Below, piece after piece: positions 54,256-63,985 of a DNA stretch of 64,000 bases. Made by a program: the position numbers and the translations under genes. The stretch spans positions 1,581 through 65,580 of the forward strand of contig CACWJS010000016.1 of assembly GCA_902761275.1 (NCBI GenBank), written 5' to 3'. Position 1 is the first letter of the stretch. Every line of letters starts with the position of its first letter. This stretch comes from an uncultured bacterium. GTDB lineage: Bacteria; Verrucomicrobiota; Kiritimatiellia; RFP12; UBA1067. Under the pieces are notes generated by a model that worked only from the letters and a program-made list of their open reading frames with translations, was not told the DNA's origin and did no database searches.

Positions 54256-54475
54256 AATCTTTTGGGGTCAGGCGTCAGGAGTCAGGAGTCAGGAGTCAGG
54301 GGTCAGGAGTTGGAGTCCAGAGTTGGAGTTGGAGAGCGGTGGGTGAGATTTTAGTTTGAGTCAGGGGAGGAGGAGGCGGAGCGAAGGTCCGAGCGAGGGG
54401 ATTCGGCGTATTCGCCGAGGGCTCCCCGAGGAGGAGCCTTCGGACGCCGCCGAGCAACGCGAACTTGAGAATTTC
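54256..54475. repeat. composite mosaic intergenic element, forward orientation (no AT-rich core)
   Basis: ggggtcaggcgtcaggagtcaggagtcaggagtcaggggtcaggagttggagtccagagttggagttggagagcggtgggtgagattttagtttgagtcagg, then GC hairpins (ggctcc-ccgagg-aggagcc; cggcg-tatt-cgccg). Confidence 0.88.
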
Positions 54476-57400
54476 TTAATACCGCCTGACGCCCTCTAAA
54501 CGCTGGCGCGCCTTCGGGGAGAGCGTCTTGTAGCCAAACCTACGCGCCGTCTCGCGATAAAGCGTATCGGGCTCGCAGGCACCAAGGTCCTTCTCCACCT
54601 CGGCCATCTTCGCACGAAGCTCGTCATTCGACACTTTGTCAAGGTCTGTGCGCGGCACTTCCGCCGCGGACGCGGAGCGGCGACGCGGGAACGTCACCTC
54701 AGGCGTGAACTTCGGAACGGGAAGAACCCCGTCTGGCGAACGCTTGATCTCCTCAAGCTCCTTGAGAAGCCGCTCTTCGCCGCGCGCGCGGTCAAGAGCC
54801 CAGTCCGCAGACCACACGTGGACGGTGTTCCACCCGAGCGAACGGAGAACAGATCCCCTCAGTTCGTCGCGGTCGCGCACCGTTAGCGCGGACGCGTAAG
54901 AGTCGCCATCGCACTCAACCGCCGCGAGATAGCCGTCCTTGCGCGAAGGATCCTTGACGCCAACATCAACTCGGAAGCCGGAACAGCCGACATCTCGCTC
55001 GACGGTGAAGCCGTGCTCGGAAAGGAACGAAGCTACCTCGTCGGCAAAGCGGTCGCGCCGCCTTTCCGCTGCGTCCGCGGCCGAGGCGATTTCGCCGCGC
55101 TCCGCGTACTCGAGGAACGCCTTCAGGTGCGCGGCGCCAACTGCCTGCGTGCGCGAAAGGTCGATCTCCGCGCCCTTGCACGACGCGAAAACCACGACCT
55201 GCTCTTTCGCGCGCGTGACCGCGACGTTGAGGCGGCGCTCGCCGCCGGAGCGGTTGAGCGGGCCGAAGTTCATGAGAAACTTGCCGTCCGGGCCCTTCGC
55301 GTAGCCGACGGAGAAGAGTATGACGTCGCGCTCGTCGCCCTGCACGTTTTCGAGGTTCTTCACGAAGAACGGCTCCTCGCCGTCGTCAGTGAAGTAGTCC
55401 TCGTACTTCGGGTTCGCCGCGCGGCGTTCTTCGAAGATGTCTTCTATAAGGTTCTTCTGCGCCATCGAGAAAGTGACGACACCAGCGCTGCGGCGCTTCT
55501 GCGAGGGATCTGCGAGACGTGAGAACACGTAATCGACAAGTGCCTCGGCCTCTGCCCTGTTTGTGCGGCTCGCCTTCGCGTCGTACACGCCGTTCTCGAC
55601 AAAGTGCCACGCGACGCCGAGACGCGGCGTCGTCTTCGCGGCGGGGAAAGTGCAGAGCCGGTCGCCGTAGTAGTGGTGGTTCGAGAACGCGATAAGCGAC
55701 TCGTGGCGGCTCCTGTAGTGCCAGCTAAGGTAAGCGGAGCTGAGCCCAGCGGCAAGGCACTCGTCGAGGATGCTCTCGAGATCCTCGTTCCCTTCCTCGT
55801 CCTCCTCTCCCGTCTCGCCCTTCTGGAAGAAGTTCGTCGGCGGCATCTGCTTCGGGTCTCCCACCACGACGCACTGCTTCGCGCGCGCGATGACGCCGAT
55901 CGCGTCCCACACCGGGATCTGCGACGCCTCGTCGAAGACAACCAAGTCAAAGGTAGATTCCGCAGGGAGATACTGCGCGACCGACAAGGGGCTCATAAGG
56001 AAGCACGGCTTTATGCGCCCGATGATTCCGCGCGCCTCCGCGAGCAGGCGGCGTATCGGCTTTTGGCGCGCCTTCTTCGCGCACTCGCGGCGAACGATTC
56101 CAAGTTCGCATCCGTCGGGGCAGTCGCCGAGACGCCCAGACGGAAGAAGCGCCGCAAGCCTTGCGCGAACCGCGTGCTTCACGAGCTCTGCATATTCCGC
56201 GTCGAGGCGACGGAACTCGATTATCTGCTCTTCGCGCTTAAGCCCCGCAAACGAGGCAAGCGCAGATTCGGTGCGAAGTATCTCGCAGAGCGTCGCCGAC
56301 GCGAGCGAACGGTCGAACGATTCGCCCGCCTGCTCGGGATCGACATCGCCAGAGGCAAGCGCCGTCGCGAAGCCAAGGCCGATCCTCTTCGCGACTTCGC
56401 CGGCAGACTCGCGGTAGCGCATGACGCCGCGAGACTCCCCCATAGCCGCGATTGCGGCGTCGAGCTTCGCGGCAAATGCGCCGCCAAAGCCCTCGAAGCG
56501 GCCAACTAGCCCGGGGCCGAACCTAAGCGCGCCGCCTCCGCCGAACAGCACGGACATTCCTCGCGCAAAGCATCCCTTGGCGCGGAGCGCGGCAAGTTTG
56601 CCGCGCATCTCTTCCTCAGCGCCGGGATTCCACGCGAAGGTCGCGACAGGCACGAGGGCCTTTACGGCGTCTGCCGTCGTGCCGCGCCAATCCGCCGCGG
56701 CGCGCAGGACAAGCTCGCGGATGTCGGAGACGTCTTTCTCGCTCCAGTCGCAGATCTTGCCGCCGGCGAGCGGGAAAGTCTTTGCGCCGCCGGCAATCTT
56801 CTCCGCGAAGCAGTCGTAGGCGGTTAGCCCGTTGTTCTGACGCTTGTGAAGCGCGGCAATCGGCGCATCAAGGGCGGAGCGGTAGTTGGAAATCTGGTCG
56901 ACCGTCTTCTGCCACTCGTTCGGAGTGCCCTTGTCGATGTAGTCAAGCGCCTCCTTGAACTGGGCGAGGACTTCGGTCTTGCCCGACTTGTTCGAGTGGA
57001 GCTCGAGGCAGAACGGCTTTAGGCCGACCGACGAGAGACGGCGGTGGACAACGTCGAGAGCGGCCTTCTTCTCGGAGACGAAGAGCACCCTGCGACCAAG
57101 CGCGAGGTTGTGGGCGATGAGGTTGGTGATCGTCTGCGACTTGCCGGTGCCGGGCGGCCCGTGTAGGACAAACGACTTGCCCATCGCGGAATAGAGAACG
57201 GCCGCAAGCTGCGAGGAGTCTGCGGAAAGCGGAGTGAACAGCTCGCCGTACTTGATGTGCGCGCCGACTTCCTCGGGCGGAAACACCTCGACGCCGTCGT
57301 CGTAGTCTCCGCCGCCTTTCATAAGGTGCGAGACGAAAGGATGGCTGCCAAGCTGGTCGGCGCGGGCGGTAAGATCCTTCCACATCACGAACTTGCCGAA

Positions 57401-58036
57401 CGAGAAGTTGCCTATCGCGGCAGCCTCCTCGACATCCCAGCCATCCATGCCCTTCACCGCCTCGCGGAAAGTGGCGAAGACCTTTGCGACGTCTACTCCG
57501 GAGTCGTCTTCGGGAAGAGGGTCGAGCCCCGAGACGGAAATCCCGAACTCCGCGCGGAGAAACTCGACGAGCGTCGCATTGAGCATCGTGTCGTCGTCGA
57601 GGCGGGAGACCGTATATCCCTCGCGAACGTTCTTCCGCGTCATCTGCACGGGCATCAGGAGAATTGGAGCGCGGCATTCCTTGGTGTTCGCACCCTTCGG
57701 CCGCCACCGCAAGAAGCCGAGCGCCAAGTAAAGCGCGTTTACGCCGCTTTCCTCAAGGTCGGTCTTCGCAAGGCGGAATATCTCCTTGAGGCGGCGCAGC
57801 ATGTCATCTGACGCGAGCGTCGAGCGGAGTGCGCCTGCGGAGCGCGACTGTGAGTCGGACGGCTCCACGGCGACGGCCTGGTCGGCCGAAAGCCGGTCTT
57901 CAAGCGATGCCACGTCGTCAACGGCGAGGGGCAGTATCTGCTTCGAATCGCGTGCATTGAGCAGGCGGTTGCGAAGCGAGAGATCAAGCAGCTTCTGCGT
58001 CCAGCGGACGACCCTGTTCTTGCTATTGTCTTCCAT
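54476..58036 (-). CDS. SF1B (Upf1/Dna2-like) helicase with DUF4011-like N-domain, C-terminal PD-(D/E)xK/DUF559-like nuclease fold and DUF3320-like tail
   Basis: Walker A GPPGTGKSQT, motif II VVFDEASQ, GDPKQMPP, QGDERD, VAVTRAK. N-terminal LLDLSLRNRLLN. C-terminal LAAVECDGDSYAS...LGWNTVHVWSADW. ORF runs to 58042, but ATG 58036 fits the promoter spacing. Confidence 0.8.
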   Translation of the reverse strand: MEDNSKNRVVRWTQKLLDLSLRNRLLNARDSKQILPLAVDDVASLEDRLSADQAVAVEPSDSQSRSAGALRSTLASDDMLRRLKEIFRLAKTDLEESGVNALYLALGFLRWRPKGANTKECRAPILLMPVQMTRKNVREGYTVSRLDDDTMLNATLVEFLRAEFGISVSGLDPLPEDDSGVDVAKVFATFREAVKGMDGWDVEEAAAIGNFSFGKFVMWKDLTARADQLGSHPFVSHLMKGGGDYDDGVEVFPPEEVGAHIKYGELFTPLSADSSQLAAVLYSAMGKSFVLHGPPGTGKSQTITNLIAHNLALGRRVLFVSEKKAALDVVHRRLSSVGLKPFCLELHSNKSGKTEVLAQFKEALDYIDKGTPNEWQKTVDQISNYRSALDAPIAALHKRQNNGLTAYDCFAEKIAGGAKTFPLAGGKICDWSEKDVSDIRELVLRAAADWRGTTADAVKALVPVATFAWNPGAEEEMRGKLAALRAKGCFARGMSVLFGGGGALRFGPGLVGRFEGFGGAFAAKLDAAIAAMGESRGVMRYRESAGEVAKRIGLGFATALASGDVDPEQAGESFDRSLASATLCEILRTESALASFAGLKREEQIIEFRRLDAEYAELVKHAVRARLAALLPSGRLGDCPDGCELGIVRRECAKKARQKPIRRLLAEARGIIGRIKPCFLMSPLSVAQYLPAESTFDLVVFDEASQIPVWDAIGVIARAKQCVVVGDPKQMPPTNFFQKGETGEEDEEGNEDLESILDECLAAGLSSAYLSWHYRSRHESLIAFSNHHYYGDRLCTFPAAKTTPRLGVAWHFVENGVYDAKASRTNRAEAEALVDYVFSRLADPSQKRRSAGVVTFSMAQKNLIEDIFEERRAANPKYEDYFTDDGEEPFFVKNLENVQGDERDVILFSVGYAKGPDGKFLMNFGPLNRSGGERRLNVAVTRAKEQVVVFASCKGAEIDLSRTQAVGAAHLKAFLEYAERGEIASAADAAERRRDRFADEVASFLSEHGFTVERDVGCSGFRVDVGVKDPSRKDGYLAAVECDGDSYASALTVRDRDELRGSVLRSLGWNTVHVWSADWALDRARGEERLLKELEEIKRSPDGVLPVPKFTPEVTFPRRRSASAAEVPRTDLDKVSNDELRAKMAEVEKDLGACEPDTLYRETARRFGYKTLSPKARQRLEGVRRY

Positions 58037-58044
58037 TGGCATAC

Positions 58045-58053
58045 ATTATACCA
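58045..58053 (-). promoter_or_regulatory. extended -10 box TGGTATAAT (helicase, leaderless)
   Basis: + strand attatacca. ATG 58036 lies 8 nt downstream; ATG 58042 is only 2 nt away and so unlikely to be transcribed. Confidence 0.55.
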
Positions 58054-58076
58054 TAAAGGCACCAATTCGGCATTTG

Positions 58077-58085
58077 TGGTATACT
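58077..58085 (+). promoter_or_regulatory. extended -10 box TGGTATACT (TRIC-family gene)
   Basis: tggtatact. GGAGGA SD, then ATG 58106. Confidence 0.55.
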
Positions 58086-58105
58086 ATCCGCCGTCGGAGG
58101 ACACC

Positions 58106-58786
58106 ATGGCAGATCTATCGGACGAAATCAACATCTTCATGCGCGTACTTGAGCTCATCGGCGCCTTTGCTGGCGCGATCTCGGGCGTACGGCTCGCAAG
58201 CGTAAAGCGCTTTGACTGGTTCGGCGCGAGCGTAATCGGCTTCATCACCGCGGCAGGCGGCGGAACGTTGCGCGACGTACTGCTGCGCGTCGAGCCCTTC
58301 TGGATGTCAGATCCGTCCTACGTCATCGTATCCGCCCTCGCGGTAGTCTCGATCGGACTCTTCGGGCGGCGCTTCATCAGCGGGCAGATTACGTGGTTCA
58401 TCTTCGACACAATCTCGATTTCGCTCTTCATGATGATCGGGCTCCACAAAGCGATAATGCACAGCTACCAGCCGTGGTGCGCAATCATCCTCGGCGTTGT
58501 GACAGCCGTCGCCGGCGGCATCCTGCGCGACATCTGCATCAACGAAGTTCCTCTCATCTTCCGCAAAGAGCTCTACGCCCTCGCCTGCGCGGCGGGCGGA
58601 GTGCTCTACTTCCTGCTGCCGTGCGTCGGCGTCGAGAGCATCTATGTCCGCAACATCGCGGGTCTTGCGCTCATCTTCGTGATCCGCGCGCTCGCAATCA
58701 AGTACCACCTCGGCGTCCCGGTCCTAACCGGGCACGGCACCACCTTCCACCACAGCCACAAAAAGCACGGTTCCGGTCAATCGTAG
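58106..58786 (+). CDS. trimeric intracellular cation channel family protein (UPF0126/YadS-type)
   Basis: ORF 58076..58786 trimmed to ATG 58106 (MADLSDE). Two UPF0126 repeats with GGGTLRD and GGILRD motifs. Confidence 0.8.
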   Translation: MADLSDEINIFMRVLELIGAFAGAISGVRLASVKRFDWFGASVIGFITAAGGGTLRDVLLRVEPFWMSDPSYVIVSALAVVSIGLFGRRFISGQITWFIFDTISISLFMMIGLHKAIMHSYQPWCAIILGVVTAVAGGILRDICINEVPLIFRKELYALACAAGGVLYFLLPCVGVESIYVRNIAGLALIFVIRALAIKYHLGVPVLTGHGTTFHHSHKKHGSGQS

Positions 58787-59991
58787 CGGGAGAGGTGCTT
58801 TTCGAGAAGCGGCGCGAGGCGCGTCTCGAGCCAGGGGACGACCTTCCACCAGTCGCGGAGCTCGAGGTATTCGCCGACAGGACCTGGCTGGCCGGGCTTC
58901 ACGCCGTACTCGCACTTTAGCATTATGTTCCGCGCAGTCGCCTCGCTCGAGACAAACTCCATGACCTGCACCTTATAGCCAAGAATACGCAGGATCATTG
59001 CGCGGAACGCGTCCGTCAAAATGTCACACATACGCTCGCGCAGTATGCCCTGGCGAAGAAGCCCAGCAAACGGCTTCGACGACTGAGGGCCAATCGTCTT
59101 CTGGAGCTCGTGCTGGCAGCACGGCGCGGAAAGGATGTACCGCGCATGCATCTCTACGCCCTTCGCGATCGATTCGTCTGTCGCCGTGTCGCAGGCGTGA
59201 AGCGAGACGACGAGATCGATGCTCTCGGCATTGTACGCGCCGATGTCTGCCTCGATGAACTCCACCCTGTCCGCAACATCAAGCTTCTCCGCCATCTTTC
59301 GCGCCGACTCGATGACATCGGCACGCCTGTCAACGCCAACGACCTTCGCATCGGAGTAGCCAAGCACATGAACGAGGTAAAAGTAGAGCGCGACCGTAAG
59401 ATACGCCTTGCCGTAGCCGAAGTCCACTGCGGTAAAAACGGTGCTTGGCGCTTTCGCGCACGGGGCGACAACTTCGCCAACGACCTTGAGAAACTCGTTT
59501 ACCTGGTCGTACTTGCCGCGCATCGACGCACGTATGCGACCATCGCCGTCGGCAAGCCCCGCGGCCTTTAGATACGCGGCAGAATCGAATTGCGCGAGCG
59601 GAAGGTTCTTCACCCTGTCGTGCGGCTTCACCGTCGCCTCGCGCTCGACGCCCGAGGAGCGAGAGACGAGCACATGGCCCTTCTTCGTGACGCGGACATG
59701 GAGATCTCCAGTCGCGGTGATGAGGTGGAGTTCCCTCGCGCCCTTCTGCGCGATGATTTCCTCGACGCCCTCTGCAGCGCCATTCGCATCGAAGTTCTTC
59801 ACCTGGACGTCGCGCCCCTCGGCCATCTCGGCCTGGTACTTGCGCTCGCCACCGATTTCTACTGGCCTAAGCGAAATCCTGAAACGTCCGCCGCCGCGGC
59901 GCACCGACTGGACGAGCTTGATGAAGCCCTCGCCGAGCGTGCGGGAGCGGATCTCTTCCTTGAGCGAATCTTCGAGTTCGTACTTTTCCAT
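58777..59991 (-). CDS. SAM-dependent methyltransferase (Methyltransf_32-like) with N-terminal uncharacterised domain
   Basis: Motif I-like VDFGYGKAYLTVAL, VVGVDRR, LHACDTATD. 10-bp convergent overlap with the TRIC-family gene. Confidence 0.6.
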   Translation of the reverse strand: MEKYELEDSLKEEIRSRTLGEGFIKLVQSVRRGGGRFRISLRPVEIGGERKYQAEMAEGRDVQVKNFDANGAAEGVEEIIAQKGARELHLITATGDLHVRVTKKGHVLVSRSSGVEREATVKPHDRVKNLPLAQFDSAAYLKAAGLADGDGRIRASMRGKYDQVNEFLKVVGEVVAPCAKAPSTVFTAVDFGYGKAYLTVALYFYLVHVLGYSDAKVVGVDRRADVIESARKMAEKLDVADRVEFIEADIGAYNAESIDLVVSLHACDTATDESIAKGVEMHARYILSAPCCQHELQKTIGPQSSKPFAGLLRQGILRERMCDILTDAFRAMILRILGYKVQVMEFVSSEATARNIMLKCEYGVKPGQPGPVGEYLELRDWWKVVPWLETRLAPLLEKHLSRYD

Positions 59992-59995
59992 GATT

Positions 59996-60985
59996 CTATT
60001 CTCCCGCGACGCGCTTCAAAAGCCGCTCCCACTCGGAAAGCACGCTCTCGCGCGAATACCGCTCCTCACAATAGGCATGCGCCTTCTCGCCCATCTTAGC
60101 GCGAAGACCGCCGTCCGACATGAGCCGCGCGAGCGCGGAAGAATACGCCTCTGCCGTCGGCGCGGAGACAAGTCCCGTCTCGCCGTCAAGCACCATGTCG
60201 CGCACACCTGGGAGCTTCTTCTGCGCGACGACGGGGAGCGAGAACTTCGCTGCCTCGAGAACGGCGAGCGGGAAACCTTCGAGTGTAGACGGAAAGGCGA
60301 CAAAAGCGGCCCTCGCGTACTCTGCTGCCATGTCTTCCGCATGGCCCGCAAACTCGACACTGCCATCTACGCCAAGACGGCATGCAAGCCGGCGGCAACT
60401 ATCCGCGACAGGCGTATCGGTGCGCCCGAGGAGACGCACGCGCCAATCTGGGAAGTCCGCTGCGACTGCCGCGAAGGCGCGGATCAGGAGAGACTGGTTC
60501 TTGACGCGGTTGACAACTGCGGCAGGACACAGGACAAGCTTTTCCTCATGGCGAGGAACTGGCTCTATCTCGGTGTAGTTGCCGATGGTCACGACGGCTG
60601 GATGTGGTGCGAGGCCCCTAAACTCGCTTTCGTAGTCACGGCAGAGAACCTGCACTGCATCGAACTTGTCGAACGCCTTCCGTATCGCGCGATTGCGAAA
60701 AGGATGTTTCCACTTGAAAAAGCCATGTGGCGCAAGATGCAGCTGGAGAACGACTGGCGCGCGTCCTGTCCTTTCTAAGTATCCAGCACTGTCGAGATCG
60801 ACGGCCTCGTTCGACCCTGTGGCGACAAAGGCGTCCCATTTCTCCCCGAGCGCCGCGGCAAGTCCGCCGCGCTCCACAAGACGCACCGCATGCCCGCGTG
60901 CCGACATCGCGGCGGCAAAGTTCTTCACCGCCTTGTCTGCACCCCTTCCAACGGAGAGGCTGTCCTTGTATACGCAGAGTCTCAC
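59996..60985 (-). CDS. glycosyltransferase family 4 (GT-B, group 1)
   Basis: ORF 59996..61012 trimmed to GTG 60985 (VRLCVYKDSL) 6 nt after the -10 box. EX7E motif FPSTLEGFPLAVLEA. Confidence 0.8.
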   Translation of the reverse strand: MRLCVYKDSLSVGRGADKAVKNFAAAMSARGHAVRLVERGGLAAALGEKWDAFVATGSNEAVDLDSAGYLERTGRAPVVLQLHLAPHGFFKWKHPFRNRAIRKAFDKFDAVQVLCRDYESEFRGLAPHPAVVTIGNYTEIEPVPRHEEKLVLCPAAVVNRVKNQSLLIRAFAAVAADFPDWRVRLLGRTDTPVADSCRRLACRLGVDGSVEFAGHAEDMAAEYARAAFVAFPSTLEGFPLAVLEAAKFSLPVVAQKKLPGVRDMVLDGETGLVSAPTAEAYSSALARLMSDGGLRAKMGEKAHAYCEERYSRESVLSEWERLLKRVAGE

Positions 60986-60991
60986 AGGGCT

Positions 60992-61000
60992 ATTATAGCA
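60992..61000 (-). promoter_or_regulatory. extended -10 box TGCTATAAT (GT4-methyltransferase, leaderless)
   Basis: + strand attatagca. Confidence 0.5.
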
Positions 61001-61040
61001 AATCGGCGTCACGCTGCGCTACCGTGCAACTACAGTCGGC

Positions 61041-62207
61041 CTAACGCCGCACCAACGCACGCAGTTCGCCGATGGAGCGAACGCGGTCGGCCTCCAGCGC
61101 CTGCGCGTCGAGTTCGCCGACATCTACATGTGGCGCTTCGCCGTTCCTGAAGCCGCCAATGTCCTGGACACGTCCTCCAAGACCATATCGGCGACAGAAG
61201 TCAACGAGGCGGGAGGCGTTGGACTTCGGATCGGACACATCGCCGAGCGCGGCAAATGGACGACGGAAAATCGCCGCAAACTGGAGCCCATGGAAGGAAT
61301 CCGTCACCACTGCGTCGGAATCGGCGATTTCGCGAACAAAGGCAAAAGGATCGGCGTCGACGAACGGAACGACTTCATTCGGGAAAGCAAGCTTCGGCAG
61401 CGGACCTGCGCTCATCAACCGAACGGGAACGCCACGCATACGGGAAAACGCGGCAAGGGCGTCTACATCGGCCTGCGATACCGTGCGCACCCAGTACGCG
61501 GCGACATGCGGACCTTCCGCGGCAGATGCGCCGCGTGCAACGGCATCGCGCCATTCCTCTGCCGTCAGCAGCATGGTGGGATCGAGTACGACAGGCGGAC
61601 GCACCGAGAGAAGCGACTCGCATATCGCGGCACCCGTCTCCTCGCGCACGGTAATTCGGCGAAAACGCCCAAGCGCCGCGGCATATTCGCCGCGGCAGGC
61701 CTCGGGAAGTTCCGAGACACCGAACGACGCGGCGTATGCGACGCGATCCTGCCCGTCGCGCAGGTCGGTCGCAAGATACTGGTTTCGCCCGAAGTCGGCG
61801 TTGAGCCCTGGGTTCCAGACCTGGTCGCTGCCCACCACCACGGTAGAATACTGCGGCAGCGCAGCAAGCTCCTCCGGGCGCACGAGGATGCGCGGCGTCG
61901 GCTTGATGAACTCGTCGATAAGCCGCACCGTCATAGTGCGCCTAAGCTCGAAGAGGTCGGGCCTAAAGTAGCGCGCGGCAAATTTGCGGCGGTTGATCCA
62001 ACGCTGAAACCACGGAGTCGCGGGATTCGATATCTTCCCGAGGAGGTGCGTGTCACGCGGGTCCATCCTGTGGTTGATCACGTCAACCGCATCTTCGCCA
62101 AGCATGCCGCGCAACGTCCGGGCAAGCGCGAAGGCCTGGAGGACGGCACCGTAGTTCGTGCAGCGGAAGATCGTGTAGAGTGCGGTCTTCATTTCAGAGA
62201 AGATCAA
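61041..62207 (-). CDS. polysaccharide pyruvyl transferase family protein
   Basis: N-terminal TNYGAVLQAFAL and C-terminal VVTDSFHGLQFAAIFRRPF motifs. ATGA overlap with the upstream ABC gene; alternative ATG at 62192. Confidence 0.75.
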   Translation of the reverse strand: MIFSEMKTALYTIFRCTNYGAVLQAFALARTLRGMLGEDAVDVINHRMDPRDTHLLGKISNPATPWFQRWINRRKFAARYFRPDLFELRRTMTVRLIDEFIKPTPRILVRPEELAALPQYSTVVVGSDQVWNPGLNADFGRNQYLATDLRDGQDRVAYAASFGVSELPEACRGEYAAALGRFRRITVREETGAAICESLLSVRPPVVLDPTMLLTAEEWRDAVARGASAAEGPHVAAYWVRTVSQADVDALAAFSRMRGVPVRLMSAGPLPKLAFPNEVVPFVDADPFAFVREIADSDAVVTDSFHGLQFAAIFRRPFAALGDVSDPKSNASRLVDFCRRYGLGGRVQDIGGFRNGEAPHVDVGELDAQALEADRVRSIGELRALVRR

Positions 62208-63985
62208 GTCATCTGCTGCATTTCGCAGAGCTTGCTGTAGACGCCGTTCTTCGCGATCAGTTCGTCGTGCGTGCCGCGCTCAACGATCTTCCCTCCGTCC
62301 ATGACGAGGATGAGGTCCGCGTGGCGAATCGTGGAAAGGCGATGCGCTATCGCGAAAGTCGTGCGATTCGCCATGAGTTTCTCGAGCGCGTCCTGGACGA
62401 GCCGTTCGGTGACGGTGTCGAGTGCGCTCGTAGCCTCGTCGAGGATGAGAATCGGAGGGTTCTTGAGTATCGCGCGCGCAATTGCGATTCGCTGGCGCTC
62501 GCCGCCGGAAAGCGCGAAACCCTTTTCGCCGACAATGCGGTCGTATCCGTCGGGCTGGGAAACTATGAAGTCATGGGCGTTTGCGAGCTTGGCGGCCGCA
62601 ACGACCTGCTCGTGGGTTGCATCGAACGAGCCATAGCGGATGTTGTTCTCGATCGTGTCGTTGAAGAGGAGCGTTTCCTGCATTACGGCGCCAACGAGAT
62701 GTCGCAGATCGCCAATGTCGACTTCGCGGAGATCCGTTCCGTCGATCGACACGCGCCCCGACTGCGGATCGTAGAAACGCGCAAGGAGTCCGCTCATCGT
62801 CGACTTTCCAGAGCCCGTCCCTCCAACGACCGCGACCATCTTGCCGCGCGGCACCTCGAACGAGGCGTGCGAAACGGCGTCACGGTCTGCGGTGTCGTAG
62901 CGGAAGGTAACGTCGTCGAAAACGATCTTGTCGTCAAACGACGACTTGCGCACGGGATTCGGGGCCTCGGGCAGCTCCATGTGCATGTCGAGCAAGGAGT
63001 AGATTCGGCTGAGGGCGGCAAGCGAGTTTTCGATCTGCACCTGCAGCTTCGAGAGCTGCTTCACGGGTTTGTAGATAATTAGCAACGGCGCGAGCATCGG
63101 AACGACGTCCGATATCTTGATGCCCTTGATGAAGCACCAAACCACGAAGCCGCAGAGGAGCAGGATTCCCACCGTCTCAACCGTCGGGCCCACCATGAGC
63201 CCGAGGCGTAGCGCGCGCATCGTGGACTTCAGCATGTAGCGGTTCGTCTTGGCGAACTGGACGTTCTCGTGCTCCTCGGTGTGATAGCTCTTCACGACAC
63301 GGATGCACGTAAGTATCTCGTGTATCTTGGCGCCTATCATTGACGCGCGCTCAAGCGTCTTCCTTGCCCATTTCTTAATCTTGCGTCCGAGCATTTGTAC
63401 CGGGAGAACGAAAAGCGGGAACCCGATGAAAATGAGGCAGAGGGTTGGAAGCATGTGATTCGCGACGGCGAACCATACGATAAAGCCGATTGCCACGAAA
63501 ATCTCGAACGGGGCAAGCGCGACCTCCGAAAGGATTGTGGACAGGATTATCTGTATCTGGTGAGGGTCCCCGTAGATGCGCGAAAGGACCTGCCCCATGT
63601 CGACACGCCCGAAGAACTGCATGTTCTGCTTCTGCACATGCTCGAGCATTTCCTGCCGCAAGTCAGTGACCGCGTGCGCTCCAGACCAGCTTAGGCAGTA
63701 GTGGTTGAGGTACATAAGCCCAAGACGCAGGAGCGCAACGACCGGCACTATGAAGCACACAATGAGAACCAAAGCCCCGCCCATGCCTCCCTTTTCGTCC
63801 TGAAGCCTGATTCCGAGCTTCGCAGCCCATTTCTCGACCTTCGGATACCATCCCGGGAGCTTGGAGTTCTTGGCAATCTCCTTCTCGAATGCGTTCTTCG
63901 GCTTTTTCATGGCCGCGGTAGTCGAAGCGGCGGCACCTGCAACCTCCTCGGCGGAAACCGGGGCTGCGGCTTTGGGAGTCTCCAT
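62204..63985 (-). CDS. ABC transporter permease/ATP-binding protein (MsbA-like exporter)
   Basis: 6-TM N-domain. Walker A GGTGSGKST, signature LSGGERQR, Walker B ILILDEATSALD. True start uncertain (63985 or the internal ATG giving MKKPKN). Confidence 0.85.
   Translation of the reverse strand: METPKAAAPVSAEEVAGAAASTTAAMKKPKNAFEKEIAKNSKLPGWYPKVEKWAAKLGIRLQDEKGGMGGALVLIVCFIVPVVALLRLGLMYLNHYCLSWSGAHAVTDLRQEMLEHVQKQNMQFFGRVDMGQVLSRIYGDPHQIQIILSTILSEVALAPFEIFVAIGFIVWFAVANHMLPTLCLIFIGFPLFVLPVQMLGRKIKKWARKTLERASMIGAKIHEILTCIRVVKSYHTEEHENVQFAKTNRYMLKSTMRALRLGLMVGPTVETVGILLLCGFVVWCFIKGIKISDVVPMLAPLLIIYKPVKQLSKLQVQIENSLAALSRIYSLLDMHMELPEAPNPVRKSSFDDKIVFDDVTFRYDTADRDAVSHASFEVPRGKMVAVVGGTGSGKSTMSGLLARFYDPQSGRVSIDGTDLREVDIGDLRHLVGAVMQETLLFNDTIENNIRYGSFDATHEQVVAAAKLANAHDFIVSQPDGYDRIVGEKGFALSGGERQRIAIARAILKNPPILILDEATSALDTVTERLVQDALEKLMANRTTFAIAHRLSTIRHADLILVMDGGKIVERGTHDELIAKNGVYSKLCEMQQMT

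Noticed and set aside
58777-58786. 10-bp convergent overlap of the TRIC-family and methyltransferase genes, and 20-nt overlap of the LRR and MATE genes (7793-7812)
   Set aside because: Short terminal overlaps are common in compact genomes, and no additional signal such as a frameshift site or hairpin was seen.
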